This document shows positions 37,573 to 50,095 of a DNA stretch of 64,000 nucleotides, piece after piece (position 1 is the first letter of the stretch; the number at the start of each line of letters is the position of its first letter). Both the position numbers and the translations under genes were made by a program. The stretch is from assembly GCF_009914755.1 (NCBI RefSeq), contig NC_060931.1. One strand, written 5' to 3'. A model generated the notes under the pieces. That model saw only the letters and a list, made by a program, of their open reading frames with translations. It ran no database searches and had not been told where the DNA came from. Source of the DNA: the human T2T-CHM13v2.0 reference genome, Homo sapiens.

Positions 37573-40500
37573 TTAATAGGGGGAGAAAAATCAAAGACAT
37601 TTTTGAAACTTTTTGAGACAAGGAGTAATTCTGAGGGAAGAAGTTCAAACTTAAAAATTGTATATGCTTGCAAAGGAAAAATCCAGACGTTGTTTATAAA
37701 CAATTTCCTTAGAGTTTGAAAATGTGGATTATGATAAATAATGCCCTTGACATATGGTGTAATTTTCCTCGTTTATCCCCCACTTTACTTTTAAAAGTTA
37801 TATTTTCAACCAAGAATCTTAACTTTCTCTAATCCTCCTCTTCTCCGCCTCTACCACCCCAGAAAGAATTCCATAAATTAAAGGTTTTAGAGAGAATCCC
37901 ATGATATAACAAATCCCTGTTTCACTACGTTGTCTTCACTGATGATTCTTAGAATCCTCAACTGGTAAATTGGAAGCTATTAAAAAACCGCAGAGATGTC
38001 CCGTATGACTCCAATTTGTGAGTCCCTTAATAGGCTTGATAGTCTAACAAAAAGTTTCCCAGTACAAAATTTGGAAATCTCAGGAATGTATTTCACAATC
38101 TTAGCCATACTCTCAAAAAGAAATTTATGTTCCTTTTAGCAATTGTTTTCTAACACGTCCAAAGAAGGAAATATTACAAGACTATCTGATTTACCAGCAG
38201 AGTCCTCACCCTATTTTGGTACCTAGTTTTCAAGTCTCCTTTCTTTTTGACTCAGTTATTCAAGAAAATTTATAGTTTGAATGTACCTTGAGAAAAGGAA
38301 GATTAAAAGTTGGAACAAAGATACAACCATTTAAATACAACTAATATGACTTCTGTTTTAAGATGTATGACATTTTTTCCTTCTAAAACTTTTACATTGT
38401 TGATTTCATGAGGAATTTCTTCCAGACAGATGAAAAGCATCATTGTTCCACATTAACATTTCATGTAAAAAGAATTAAGGAGGACTGTCTTTATTAAACA
38501 GTGATTGAGATAGATGATACTATTATAAAATTCTTGGTTTGTAAAAGGAAAGCTCGTCCACATCAGTTGTACAAATTGGGATTAATTACCAGTTAAAACC
38601 CACCATCACAAAGACAAGGGGTTTTTATAATTAGATTTTGCTATATTTTGTTTTGTTTGAAGAAAGCGAGCTGTTGCTAGGATGTGGGAGCTAGTTTGGT
38701 TATACAAAGTTTTTGTTTTAATAATACTTTAGAACAGAATTGATTCTATGTCCTTGCCCTGTCTTCTGAGTTACACATCTAGACCTCTTTCTTATTTTTT
38801 AAGTCTCATCTTAATTGGCTTTGTGTCAGTATGGTCCATGTCTGCTTGGGAAAAACAGTGGACTTTGAGAAGCAGAAACAGTCTCATTTTGCGGTGAATG
38901 GTAAATCATGGCCAACAGCCAGCTGTTTTCCTCTTTCCTTTCTGTGTTACTCTCCCATGAGAAATATTTTTTTTCAATTAAGAACATACCAACAGAGAAA
39001 GAGAACTACAATAATTTCCCTTTTACTGCCTGGAATTGCTGCAGGGCTTTTTCATTTTACCGTGTTCATTTTTTCTCTCCTCTAACCCCTTTATTTTGAT
39101 TAATCCTAATATTTTGCATACTTTTCTTAAGACTCTTATTTCTTTAATTTTACTTTTTAAAAATATGATGCATTTTAAAGATTACATGTTACTAAAAATC
39201 CCCTTTCTCTGTATCCAAACTTGTTTTCAAAACCTTTGTCATTAGCCAAAAAAGCATAGTGAAACCAAATGAATACTATTGGAAAAAGGACTAAACTACA
39301 AAGATTATTTCCATTGGAAATTAGAATGAGTTATTTGCCTTAGGTAGCCCCTGGTTGAAGTGGAAAAGGCAATATATGGTGACCTGGATGCTCAAATCTA
39401 CAATTGCATTCCAGGCTTGAAGCCATTCTTGCTGCAAGAACCATTGGCAAGACTAAGGGTAAAGGTAGGGCAAGGCACATCCAGGGCTTTGCTTTAGAGG
39501 TGTTCTGCCTCTCTGAACAAGTGCAGAAGAAAATGAGTGGTCCTCGGCCAGGCTTTTATAAAACTATTCTAACCCATGGTGTGATTCATTACATTGGTAG
39601 AATATGAAAAGTCCCTTTCTCTTAATTGTCCTGAATATTGGTTGGAGAAAAAAACTATAGTAGGTTTTCTATTGATTCTGTTCCTTTATGCTGTCCTATG
39701 AAGTAGAAATAGGAATTTATATTGCTACTGGCTATTACCTATGTCCCATCAACTCACCCTATGACTTTGCTTGTGCATGCCCATACTCCATCTACAGTTC
39801 TAAATTTTTTCCATCCTTCAAGGACCAACCCTTCACACTGCACACTCCTCTAGGAAATCTTTCTCCATGCTGCCACCTAGATGAAAAATATTTTCTCCTT
39901 TTCTCCTGAATTCCCAAAACATGTTATTGGTAACACTTAGGACACTAATCACTCTCCACCTCTGGATTATACTTATCTGTTGTATGTTTCACCTTCTTAC
40001 CTTGCTTACAAACTTCTTGAGAGATGAATCCATATCCTGTTACACTTACGTGGTTATTTTGTTTGCTGTTCAAAGCAACCTTAGGAAGTAGGCCTTAGCC
40101 CCATTTTCAGGATGAAGAAACTAAAAGTTTAGATAGCGTAATCTGAAACCTTACTATAGAGAACTTTACTATGAACTTGAACCATAATTTGAAGAATCCA
40201 TGCTGCTTCCATCATGCCAACTAGGCCGAGTCTTATATTCTTCATCTTGCTCACTAAATATATGTGGAATGATAACTGTTATAAAAAGAGAAATAAAATA
40301 AGGTACATTTCAACACTTTCACTCATTTTTTAAAGGAATTATATTTGAGGAAGTGGTTTATATTCCAATAAAATCACCATCCTGCTAGTTTTCTATATTT
40401 TGTTTCTACTTTGTCCATGTTGTATGTATTCCCTTTAGTGTAAGTTGCCATTGACATTCTTTGGGCAGAGGCAAAGTATACGAAAAGTAAAAGTATTGTG

Positions 40501-43500
40501 AAAAGGAGTTTCTGGGAAACTTCTACAGTCAAAGAAATAGCATAAACTCCAATAATATTCTGTACCTTATCTTCTAAGATTCTCCCAACTTCCTGACTTT
40601 TGGTGTGAGCCAATGGTAATGCTGTCTCCTAACTATGTAAAATGGCCCTAGGTAACAGTGACCCTGTATTTGGCTCTTTGTTTTGTTAAGTTTAACCAAT
40701 GGCATCTGGAACTATAAAGGGATGCTCGTGGTCTTTTCTCGTGTTGAGCTCTGCAGTTGAGAGAAAGCCTTACACATAGCATGAGTAGGCTAAACCTCTT
40801 TTCCCTTGTAGCAAAGTGTTCAGAGTGCCTCTGGAGTGGCAGACCAGACAGCTAAGAATGGAGCAGCTAAAAAGAAACAAAAAACAAACAAAAAACCTCT
40901 TAATATTGGGAGAACTATTTTTTTGTTTTAATTTCCCATTCTTCATGCAAAAACATTTCTTATGAAGCTGAGAAGCTGTGGGAAACACCAAAATGATCAG
41001 ATATTTCATGAGGCTCTCATGGAGCTCCAGAGTGACATCCAGCATTGTTAGCATGCGATCAACATCATAGACCATCAGTGTGCAACACGAGTTACCAAGA
41101 GGGGCTTTCTTAGTGGAAAGAGAGTGATAAATTGGTAACATGGAAGCTACTTCCTGTGTTCTTTTTCTGAGAACTAGAAGAAGGAATACAAGTTGGCCCC
41201 ATGCTAATGTGTATATACCTTTTTTACATACCAATCACTAGTGTGTTTAGAAATTAGGAAAGGTCAGTAAGTCTCCAGTATATATAAACATCTATAGTGT
41301 ATGGAAAGGTCTTCCATAGTGTATCCGTTTTCTCACTTCCATTTATCAGTATAATATATTTAAAATTGCCCTAAGCTGAGAGTTGGTAGATCCGAGTCCA
41401 CTATTTTTTGTGATATTAACCACTTTGGCTATCAATTTCTATTTATATAAAAATCAGTAGGGGAACCAGATGATTTCTGAGGTTTCTCCAAGTCCTGTGA
41501 CTCTTTGATCGTGGGAAATAATATCAGTAGTCTACCATGTGTAATGTTCCACAGTGCTTTAAAATCACACAAATGAAGAACATATATGTATAAATATATA
41601 CATAAAGGAGATGGCATAGTTTAAATGTTAGTGAATTCCATGAAGAACCTATAGATTGAACCAAATAATTTTTTTCCACAAATCTTAGCTATTTTCAACT
41701 TGTTTGTACTTAATTTTCATAATATTTGTGGAGGTATTTGAAGATATTAGGTTAAGTTTAATTAATTTAAATCTGTAGTATAAGGCTCTGAAGGCTGTAA
41801 TAGTGTGGGTCCCATAAGTCTAGGAGTGATGTATTACTTACCTTGGTATTTAATTATGGGAAAATGAAAAATAATGGAACATTTATTTTCTTTAAAAGTT
41901 ATCTCTCTCAAAATAAGGCTGTTAAAATAATTTTAAAAGATTAAAAAAAAACTATATGAGTGCTTTTTTACGTACCATGCACTGTTCTAGACTCTGGGGT
42001 TATAGTTGTGAACAAGAATGACACTGAACTTAAGCTTGTATCATAGAATTATGCTATTGCAAGTGTTGATAGAGCAATGTAAATATTGAAAGTAAGCACA
42101 ACTGGAATTATACCCGTCAGTGAACTCTTGATAGGTTAGCAGTACGCTATGTTTCTAACACAGACAGTGAGCAATTTTGATGGTGATCCCTGGGCTTGAT
42201 TCTTGGTTTTGCAAACTTTGTAATTAGGGATTCTTATTTCATTTGTCTTAAGTAATAGCAAATGTAAAAGATGGGAAAATGAGAAAGCAGCTTTTATGTA
42301 TTAGAATGTGAAAAAGATTATGAATGCATAAAGCTATACAAATAGACTTACACCTATAATATACACAAACTATAAGTCTTCTCCCTGCCTACAAATGCCT
42401 TACAAAAGAGTCATTCTTGGATTTCCTGTTTGCAGTCATAGCTAATTTTTGTTTGGTAACTACTGCCATGGTAACCAAAATTATGATTTTAAAAGAATTG
42501 TTTATTAAATCATTAATATACAGGAAATTATTTTACTTTTTACAAGGTGGTGGTATCCAGAGAAATTATATTATTAATTATGAAATCAACTTTTTCTAGG
42601 AGAGGAAGATAAGGAAACAAAAGACTAATCAAAAACATTGCAAAACTGCAGATTTTCAGGATTTTAAAGAAAAATAATTTGGTAATTGATAACTTCACTA
42701 CTGTTCTTTGAGTAAATATCCATGTTTAAAATTTGCCTCAAGCACTATTAGAGGATTAAATTTAGAGGTTATGCTTTTCAACTGCCCAACTACAATCTTT
42801 GACTCTCCTACAAAAGAGCTGCCATTTAGCATGGTTTTGTCAATTTTCAGTTCTAAGTGCCCTGTCTACCTAACATTCTAGTTAGATAATGGGGAATTAG
42901 AGCGATAAGGATATGCATGACTATAATTTTCTAAGTATCACTGTATTTATTTTGGTCAAATTCAAAAAAGTAAAAAAGCATAGTTTAGAATTGCCAATTT
43001 CTCTGTTCCTTAGTCTGTTAGAATGGTGGGGAGTCGGCTCAGATTTGAGCATGGCTTAAAGTGGGAGAGCGTTATTAGAAGCCAGCCTAGTGGGGATTGC
43101 TGAGATCTCATCTGCTGAATGACAGCAAAGTTACTACTCTGTAAATATACTTAATCTGAAATGCTGAATTATCCTCAAACCATGAGTGATTCAGCTTGTG
43201 TTTATCATTGTGACATTCTGGCCACTGTGAAAAGCTGTAAACAGGAGTTTCAGGGTGTTCATTGCATAGCTTATCTGAGCAGCGAGCCCAGCAGAAAAGA
43301 TGGGCATTCAGCCCAGCAGAAATGCCTTGATAAGGAGTCCATTAATGCATCTCTAGCCACAATGAACTTTTCCCTTGCTTTGTTTGATGATAAAGTGATA
43401 TCATGTTTCATTGAAAAATGACCATGTAGATGTTAGGTGGATTTTTGTTTTTATATGACCACAACGTGACAGTCTTAACAGAATGAGTCACAAAGTAAGG

Positions 43501-46500
43501 ATCAAGGATCTGATTTTTCCTTTATGAGATACTGGCCTACAATAAAAATAACTGGGGGTTAAAAAAATTACCCTTTGTTTTTCGTAGAGAATATTAAAAG
43601 TGCAGTTTAGATTTAAAACTACAGACTCTAAACTCCATATCTATCAGTATCACCTCTTGAGCAAAATACCGATGTCACCTTTGATAGATTTTTTTTTAAA
43701 AAAGGAAGGAAGATGAGTGAGCAAAACAGATGTGTAAGTTAACTACAGTGCTGGATAGAATGACATAAGTGCTATAATACAATTTCTTATCTGGGATGAG
43801 GAACCTTTTTATAAACAAAAATTAATCATTGGTTGATATTTTTAAAAACACAATAAAAATTTATTACTTAAAAGACAAATACAGGGCCAATTAAAAAAAT
43901 TATTAAATGCAAGAGACACAAAATTACTTTAAGTATATAGTAGTTCCTAATTGCCTACTGTCAGTTTCTCTGCCTATCTCATCACAGACTAGTGACTTAC
44001 AGTTTGTGAACTGCCACTTTGAGTAGCACAGCAATAATAGAAATACAAACAACTGTTATGAAGTCTTAGAAGCAGAAGTAACTAACTTTAATTGTGTGGG
44101 TTGCGATTATTTTATCAAGGAAACACCTCCTATAGAATAAAGAAGCTTTCATTAGGCAAAGAAAGCATTCCATAAAGAGGAAATAGCATGAACCAAAGGT
44201 ACCTGGCTGTGAAAAGTCAGTAAAACCACCCTTGACATTTTCAGTTTTGTCTCTTCTAAAATAAAGCTAAAGTAGATGAGCTGCAGTAATTTGTAATTTT
44301 TCCACAGTACAGGTTTGAATTAAAGAGGTATGTCACTGAGCTAGTATAAGACCCTAGCCCACAGCTGAAGAGTTTCTGATCTCCCTTAACTGTGATGATT
44401 ATTTAATACATTGTGTCATCTATTGAGAGAGAGGAGGAAATTTCACAGTAGAGTCTAGCTCATTTAGGCTGGTCTGGACTCTGAGCTGTGGACTGGGACC
44501 ACAATGTTGCCAGGTTTTCATCCTTCTTAGATCAGTGAAGCCAACAGTAAAGGTCATGCCCAACTGCAGGAGCACCTTTTAAGCCTCTTCTTATGCCAAA
44601 GCAGTCACATGTCCAGTTCTGAAGTCAAGGAGAGAAGTCCAGTCTAGCAACTATGAGGCTAGGGCAGGGATATGATGTTGAATACTATTACGTGGGAATG
44701 AAGGATTGGGACCATTACTTCAGTCTACCACGTGTGCTATAGAGGGACAGTTGAATGTAGGGGCTTGAGGATACTTTTCTGAAGATCTTTCATGTATCAA
44801 GAGTATTCTGAGATGATATTCTGTATGGTATCAGACTACACGTTTCAAAGCAGAGTAGTTTTTGGTCATTCTGAAAAACTGTAGAGGAAAGTTAACTTTG
44901 CAGTATCCCTTACTTGATATTTAGGGTTTCCTTTTTTTAATCTGGTCACTCTTCTGTTAGCTTTGAAACATAGGCCTCTCCAAATTCATTCCAGCCGGGT
45001 CATGTGACTTCCGTGTTAAACGAAGACATGTAAAACTCATTTCTTTGGGAAATGGCAAGTTGCCTAAGGTTTTGAAGGGGAATTACAAAATATTACCTTT
45101 TATATACTGCAACAAATGGAAAATATATTCTGTGAACATTCCAATAATATGTGTTAGACTCTATCTTTGGTAATGGAATAGAAGGTTATCCCAAGATAAT
45201 TGGCAGAATTTAAAGGTAAAAAGAGGCAAGACAGATTTCAGTGGCCTAACTCCACAGCTCTTTTAAGATGTCCCAGGTAAACCAGTAGTGATGTTATTCA
45301 TTGTTACTTTCTCATGGACCAGATAAAATTAAGCCAGAGGGTAGGATCATCCTGTGGACCACTGTTGCCCACTTTTCTCTAACAGTTAGGGAATTTAAAG
45401 GAAGCAGCGCAGACTTTGACTTTTCCAGACATAGATTTGGATCCCACCTTTGATATTTACTCAGTAATTTGGCAACAGTTGCTCCTTGGTTTCAGAGATC
45501 TAATCTGCAAAACATGGATAGTACTTCTTTATTGGATTATTGTGAAATTAAATAAAGTAGTACATGTAAATGTTTAGAACAGTGCCTGACATATAGCAAG
45601 TACCTGGTCAGTGTTATTAATGTTCTCTGATCAGTTTTGTTTAGTTAGTTAGACCTTAGTACCAATAAGTAAACATTTTGAGAACCAGAACTGCATTAAA
45701 GTTGGGTATCAGCTTTAGAACCCTGGGTTCAGTTTTTGGCCCTGGCGTTTATTAGCTGTGTGAATTTGGGAAAGCTACTTAGCCCTGTAAACCTTAGTAT
45801 CCTCATCTGAAAATGGGTTTCAACTGTCTACCTCACAGGGTTGTAAGGATAATCGAGATGAATATCTTAAAGCACAAAGTATGGTGCCTACACATAGACA
45901 ATAAACAAATGTGTGGTAATCCTCTTCAAGAAATTCAATCTAGAGGGAAGAAAATCCTGCATAGATCTTCATGCTATTTAACAGACACCTGAATATATTG
46001 TCAAGAATTTTATGATGGCATGCTCTCAGTAAATTATTGCCACTTGGTACTTTGTTGGACACAAATATCCATTTAAAGTTCGATAACTGGGGGATATATT
46101 AAATTACTGGATTTAATATATCCTTTTGCTAATTTAAAAATTTAATATATTTAATGTATCCTTTTGCTAATTTAAAAATTATTCTGATTTATATTTTTAT
46201 AATGAAATTAAAATTTATAAATATTTCTGGAACTTGAGTACCTACCATGTGCCAATCGCTATGCAAAGGATTCAAAGCTGGGTATATTAGGTTCCCTGAG
46301 AAAGCACTTGATTGAACACTGCAACGTATTGTGGTCCCGTATAGGGAATTGGTATGTTTCCCTGATTGGAATCTTCCTCAGAGTTTCTGAGGTAAATTAC
46401 AGAAATGGTTACTATTCTTTGCAGCACCTCCCATTAAAAAGTGGAGTCTGTTTTCCTTCCCTTTGAATCTGGACTGCTTTCTGACTTACTTGGATCAGTA

Positions 46501-47699
46501 GAATGTGGTAGAAGTGGTGTGTGAATCCTAAGCTTGGACCTCAAGAGACCTTGCTTGCTTCTATTGCTCTGTTGCTGGGATTTAAGTCTTCACAGCTTCC
46601 CACAGTGAAAGCTGTGGAAGGAGTCTTACAGAAGACTGTCCCCACTCTGAATTACTCTCATATTCCTCTGTACATCTGAAAGAATCAAGAATCAATGTAC
46701 TGAAACTGCTCTAATTTCATTGGTGGCTTAAGATTGAGCCCACTTTCTGCTCTAGACGAATCTGATTTTGATTTTTGTGCTTGTTGTTCCATTAAAGTGA
46801 AGGAAAATTAAATTAACATGCAACTGCAATTTTATCTTAGTTGTAAATAGGTGGTATATGCATATTTTGAAAATTGTCTGATTTCCTTGAATCACTAGAC
46901 AAATTTTAAATGATGTCTGTGCACCTTCTTTAGTGGTATAGTCTAAATATAGAGCAAAAAGTATGGTAATCCAAACCACTTCTCTGATACATCAAAAGTT
47001 AAAACATGGGTCAAAAATTAGTTAAGGCTCTTTGATTTATGCAGCACAACATATCAATAAACAGAATTCTTTTTTTTCCAGAATAAGGGATGGTGTGAAA
47101 AGGGTATGCAATAAATAAATAAGCAAGCATGAGGACCTGGCAGTAGGGTTCTTACATCTCTCCCTTCCTTTCCTGGTTTCCAAGACCCCTCTCCTTGCTA
47201 TAAGACTTTGTTTTTGTTCTAAATGCCTGTGAATGCTAATTTGGGGCAAAAGAGAAAAACGAGAAGACTGTCTTTTTGCACCCCCTTTTCTGTTTTCTTT
47301 GCTGTCTCTGTTGGGCATTACTCTCTAGGTTTCCTTGGATCCTCCTGCTCCTCTGGGCAGCCTCCTTCAGTGAAGCCCTCAGCCAATGCCATGAGCCTTT
47401 TCTTTCATTCTCCAGTCTGTGAAAACACATCTGTACTGCCGTCTTTTTCTGCATGTGCTCCAGTTAGATAGTTAAAGAATTAGTGGCAATAAATCACTTA
47501 ATTGTACAGTCAATCTACTCATCCCCTCACCCATGTATTATGATGGGTTACCCCTGAAGAAATAATACCATAGCCTTTAGGCATCGCAAGAATGATCGCA
47601 GTATTCAAGTTTGGGGATAAAGAGCCTTAATTAAGACCTCTCAAAGCAGCTCTCTGTGGGATCCACCCTTTAGAAGCAGCTGTGGAGATAGTGACACAA

Positions 47700-48023
47700 G
47701 ACCAAATTAGGAATGGTTGCCATGATCCAGATTCTTTTATGGAACTCCTACAGATGCGTTTTGGAATCAGGTTTTTAAAGTCCCTTTTATAGCAAATAAA
47801 TAGGAGGTTTTGAGGGCTGTTTATGAGCGCATTCCATTACAGTGTCTTTCAGCGGAGCCAGAGCTCAGCCAATCCTAATTAAGAAGCAATTTCAGCTGCA
47901 GTCATTGCTTATTATAATAATTGTGACATTTTTATAGCCCTACATTGTCTTTCTCAAAGTAACGGATTCAGGAGGAGTCCTTTTCTGAGTAGAGTCCACA
48001 GAAGAGGTATTCTATTGGTAAGC
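47700..48023 (+). promoter_or_regulatory. Candidate intronic SRF/TEAD element, possibly an alternative TES promoter with a non-coding first exon
   Basis: Perfect CArG CCAAATTAGG (47702-47711), three one-mismatch CArGs, two MCAT motifs, CCAAT, TATA-like TATTATAA and donor-like TTG|GTAAGC after 48017, all in apparently unique sequence. Confidence 0.5.
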
Positions 48024-48877
48024 ATTTCAAATGACTTCCTTCATACAGTAGTATAAAAATAATTTGATAGCAGTCCGTTTGAAAAATGTTTATAAGGAAC
48101 CAGCTTAAACTGATCAGATGGAATATATTTTCATCAGTCGCTTACCTGAAATAAGTACAAACCTTTTTTATTTTTTAAAAGGGGGGCCTAAATTTCGCTC
48201 CTAATAATATTGTAAGGTTACATATTAAGTTTCAAATAGATAAGTAGTACTGTGAGGGAAGGAACTGCTAACTGTAAATACTACCTAATTTGAATCAAGT
48301 AATTTTGGCTCCTGATGTCACATGGAGGTACTGAAATTTATTTTCTTTTACTTAATTCCATCTCCAGGTGGATTTATATAATGGAATTTAAAAGTTTATG
48401 TAAATCTTTTCCAATTTTTATTCTGTGTTCTTTAAGGATGACTGTGGCATAATATAAACATTGCGAAAATTTTCTCCCAAGTATATTTGGTATTTTAATA
48501 ATCTGGTTTGCAGCTGTCTTCTGTAACACAAGTGTGTGTGTATGTGTGTGTACCCAAGTGTGTGTAACTATATATTGAGAAAGAAAATGAGACTTAGAGG
48601 CTAAAAATCATATTCTACCCTGTCTTCTGAAAGATCATTTCCTGGTTCTTACTGAGTGAACAACTAACAAATTGAAGGGAATAAGTATTAATGAGGAAGG
48701 AACAAAGTTCTGCTTTAGATGCCCATTGGGTGAAGAGAATTTAAATATTTGAAATGGGCAAAATAAAGAGAAGTGGTAGATAAGTACCCCATATACCCCT
48801 GTTCCCCTTTATAATATGTCTGTCTCGTCACAAATCACTTAGTCTTTGGATTTAAAATCAAAACAGAAAAGAGGATA

Positions 48878-49322
48878 TAGTAGGCAGCATCTAAGATGGT
48901 TCCCAATTACTCCCACCTACTAGTAGTCACACCCTTACATATTGCCCTGCCATTGAATGCAGGCTAGCCTGATCAGTTGCCAAAAAATGAAATGTGGCAG
49001 AAGCAATGGCATCACTTCCGAGATTAGGGATTACAGCTTCTATCTTGTGGTTCTCTTGCTCTCTCTGGGATCACTTGCCCTGGGGAGAACCAGCTACCAT
49101 GTCCTGAGGTACCCATGTGGGCAGGCCCATGTGAGAAATCTTAGAAGTGGGTCTCTCCCTAGTCGATCCTTGCAGCCCAGCTGACCCCGATTGCAAACTT
49201 GTAAGAGACCGTAAACCTGCCCATCTACCTAAGCCACTTCCAAATTCCTGACACACACAAACTATGACATGATAAATCGTATTTTCAAACCCTAAGTTTT
49301 GGGGTAGTTTGCAGCGAATACA
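48878..49322 (+). mobile_element. MaLR solo LTR (MLT1F-like)
   Basis: TAGTAGGCAGCATCTAAGATGGTTCCCAAT...CACTTCCGAGATTAGG...CTAAGCCACTTCCAAATTCCTGAC...CTAAGTTTTGGGGTAGTTTG. Confidence 0.8.
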
Positions 49323-49869
49323 GAGGTGTTCCATTATGAATCTAGAAATTCAGTGATTTGAAAAATTTGAAAAGAATGATATTTTGCTTCATTGCCCTGA
49401 GTACTGCATAATGTATGTAATCTTACATATAATATAGCAGATAATTTTTAGTACTAGTCGTGTCTACATGTTTTGAGTAAACACCTTTCAATTTTGAAAT
49501 ATAATTTGTTCATTTGTATTTCTTGCTCATTCTTTTAATTTTTTTTTTCTCTTGCTGTAACATTGAAAGAGACCTATTTTGCGTCAGGACCCTGGAGATT
49601 TTTGTTGACTCACACCTCATTCTTCTGAGGATCCCCTTGTGTGTGAATTTATCACCTCGGGGACTTCCATGTTAGTGTAGCTGATGTGCAGACATTCAGC
49701 TTCCTCATAATAAGTCCCAGGTTTTGCCTAGGATGGAGGAATTCCTGCCTAGCAAACAATGAGCAGTCTTTAAGATCAAAATTGATTACTCTAGAGAAGT
49801 TACAGAAGAGGAATATTACCCTTTACATTACTATTTACCTTTTTAGTTTCAGTTTGGAGGGAAAAAAAA

Positions 49870-50095
49870 ACAGTGACTTTGTAGTGAGTGCATAGAGTTT
49901 GAGTGAGAAATGCCAAGATGCAAATCTCACTTCTGCCACTTGCTAGTTGGGTAGTCTTAGGCAAGTTAATTTCTCCAAGTCTCAATTTCCTTTTTATGAA
50001 ATAGGGATGATAATACTTTTCCAATAGGTTGTTGGGGATTAAATGTGATGGTTATATGTATTTTAGCTGGCAGGTAGTAACATTTTAACAAACGG
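49870..50095 (+). mobile_element. MIR SINE
   Basis: Core CTGCCACTTGCTAGTTGGGTAGTCTTAGGCAAGTTAATTTCTCCAAGTCTCAATTTCC...GAAATAGGGATGATAATA. Similar MIR remnants at ~40070-40200, 45410-45610, 45710-45910, 50910-51050 and 58440-58640. Confidence 0.75.

Noticed and set aside
40993-41076. C/D-box snoRNA-like pattern on the minus strand (ATGATGT...CTGA)
   Set aside because: Imperfect C box, no properly placed terminal stem, no recognisable rRNA guide, and antisense to the only visible host gene.
40770-41272. 154-aa minus-strand ORF, and a possible plus-strand cryptic exon (acceptor at 40811, GTAAGT at 41267)
   Set aside because: No recognisable domain and it crosses a simple A-rich tract; pseudo splice sites like these are common in long introns and there is no transcript evidence here.
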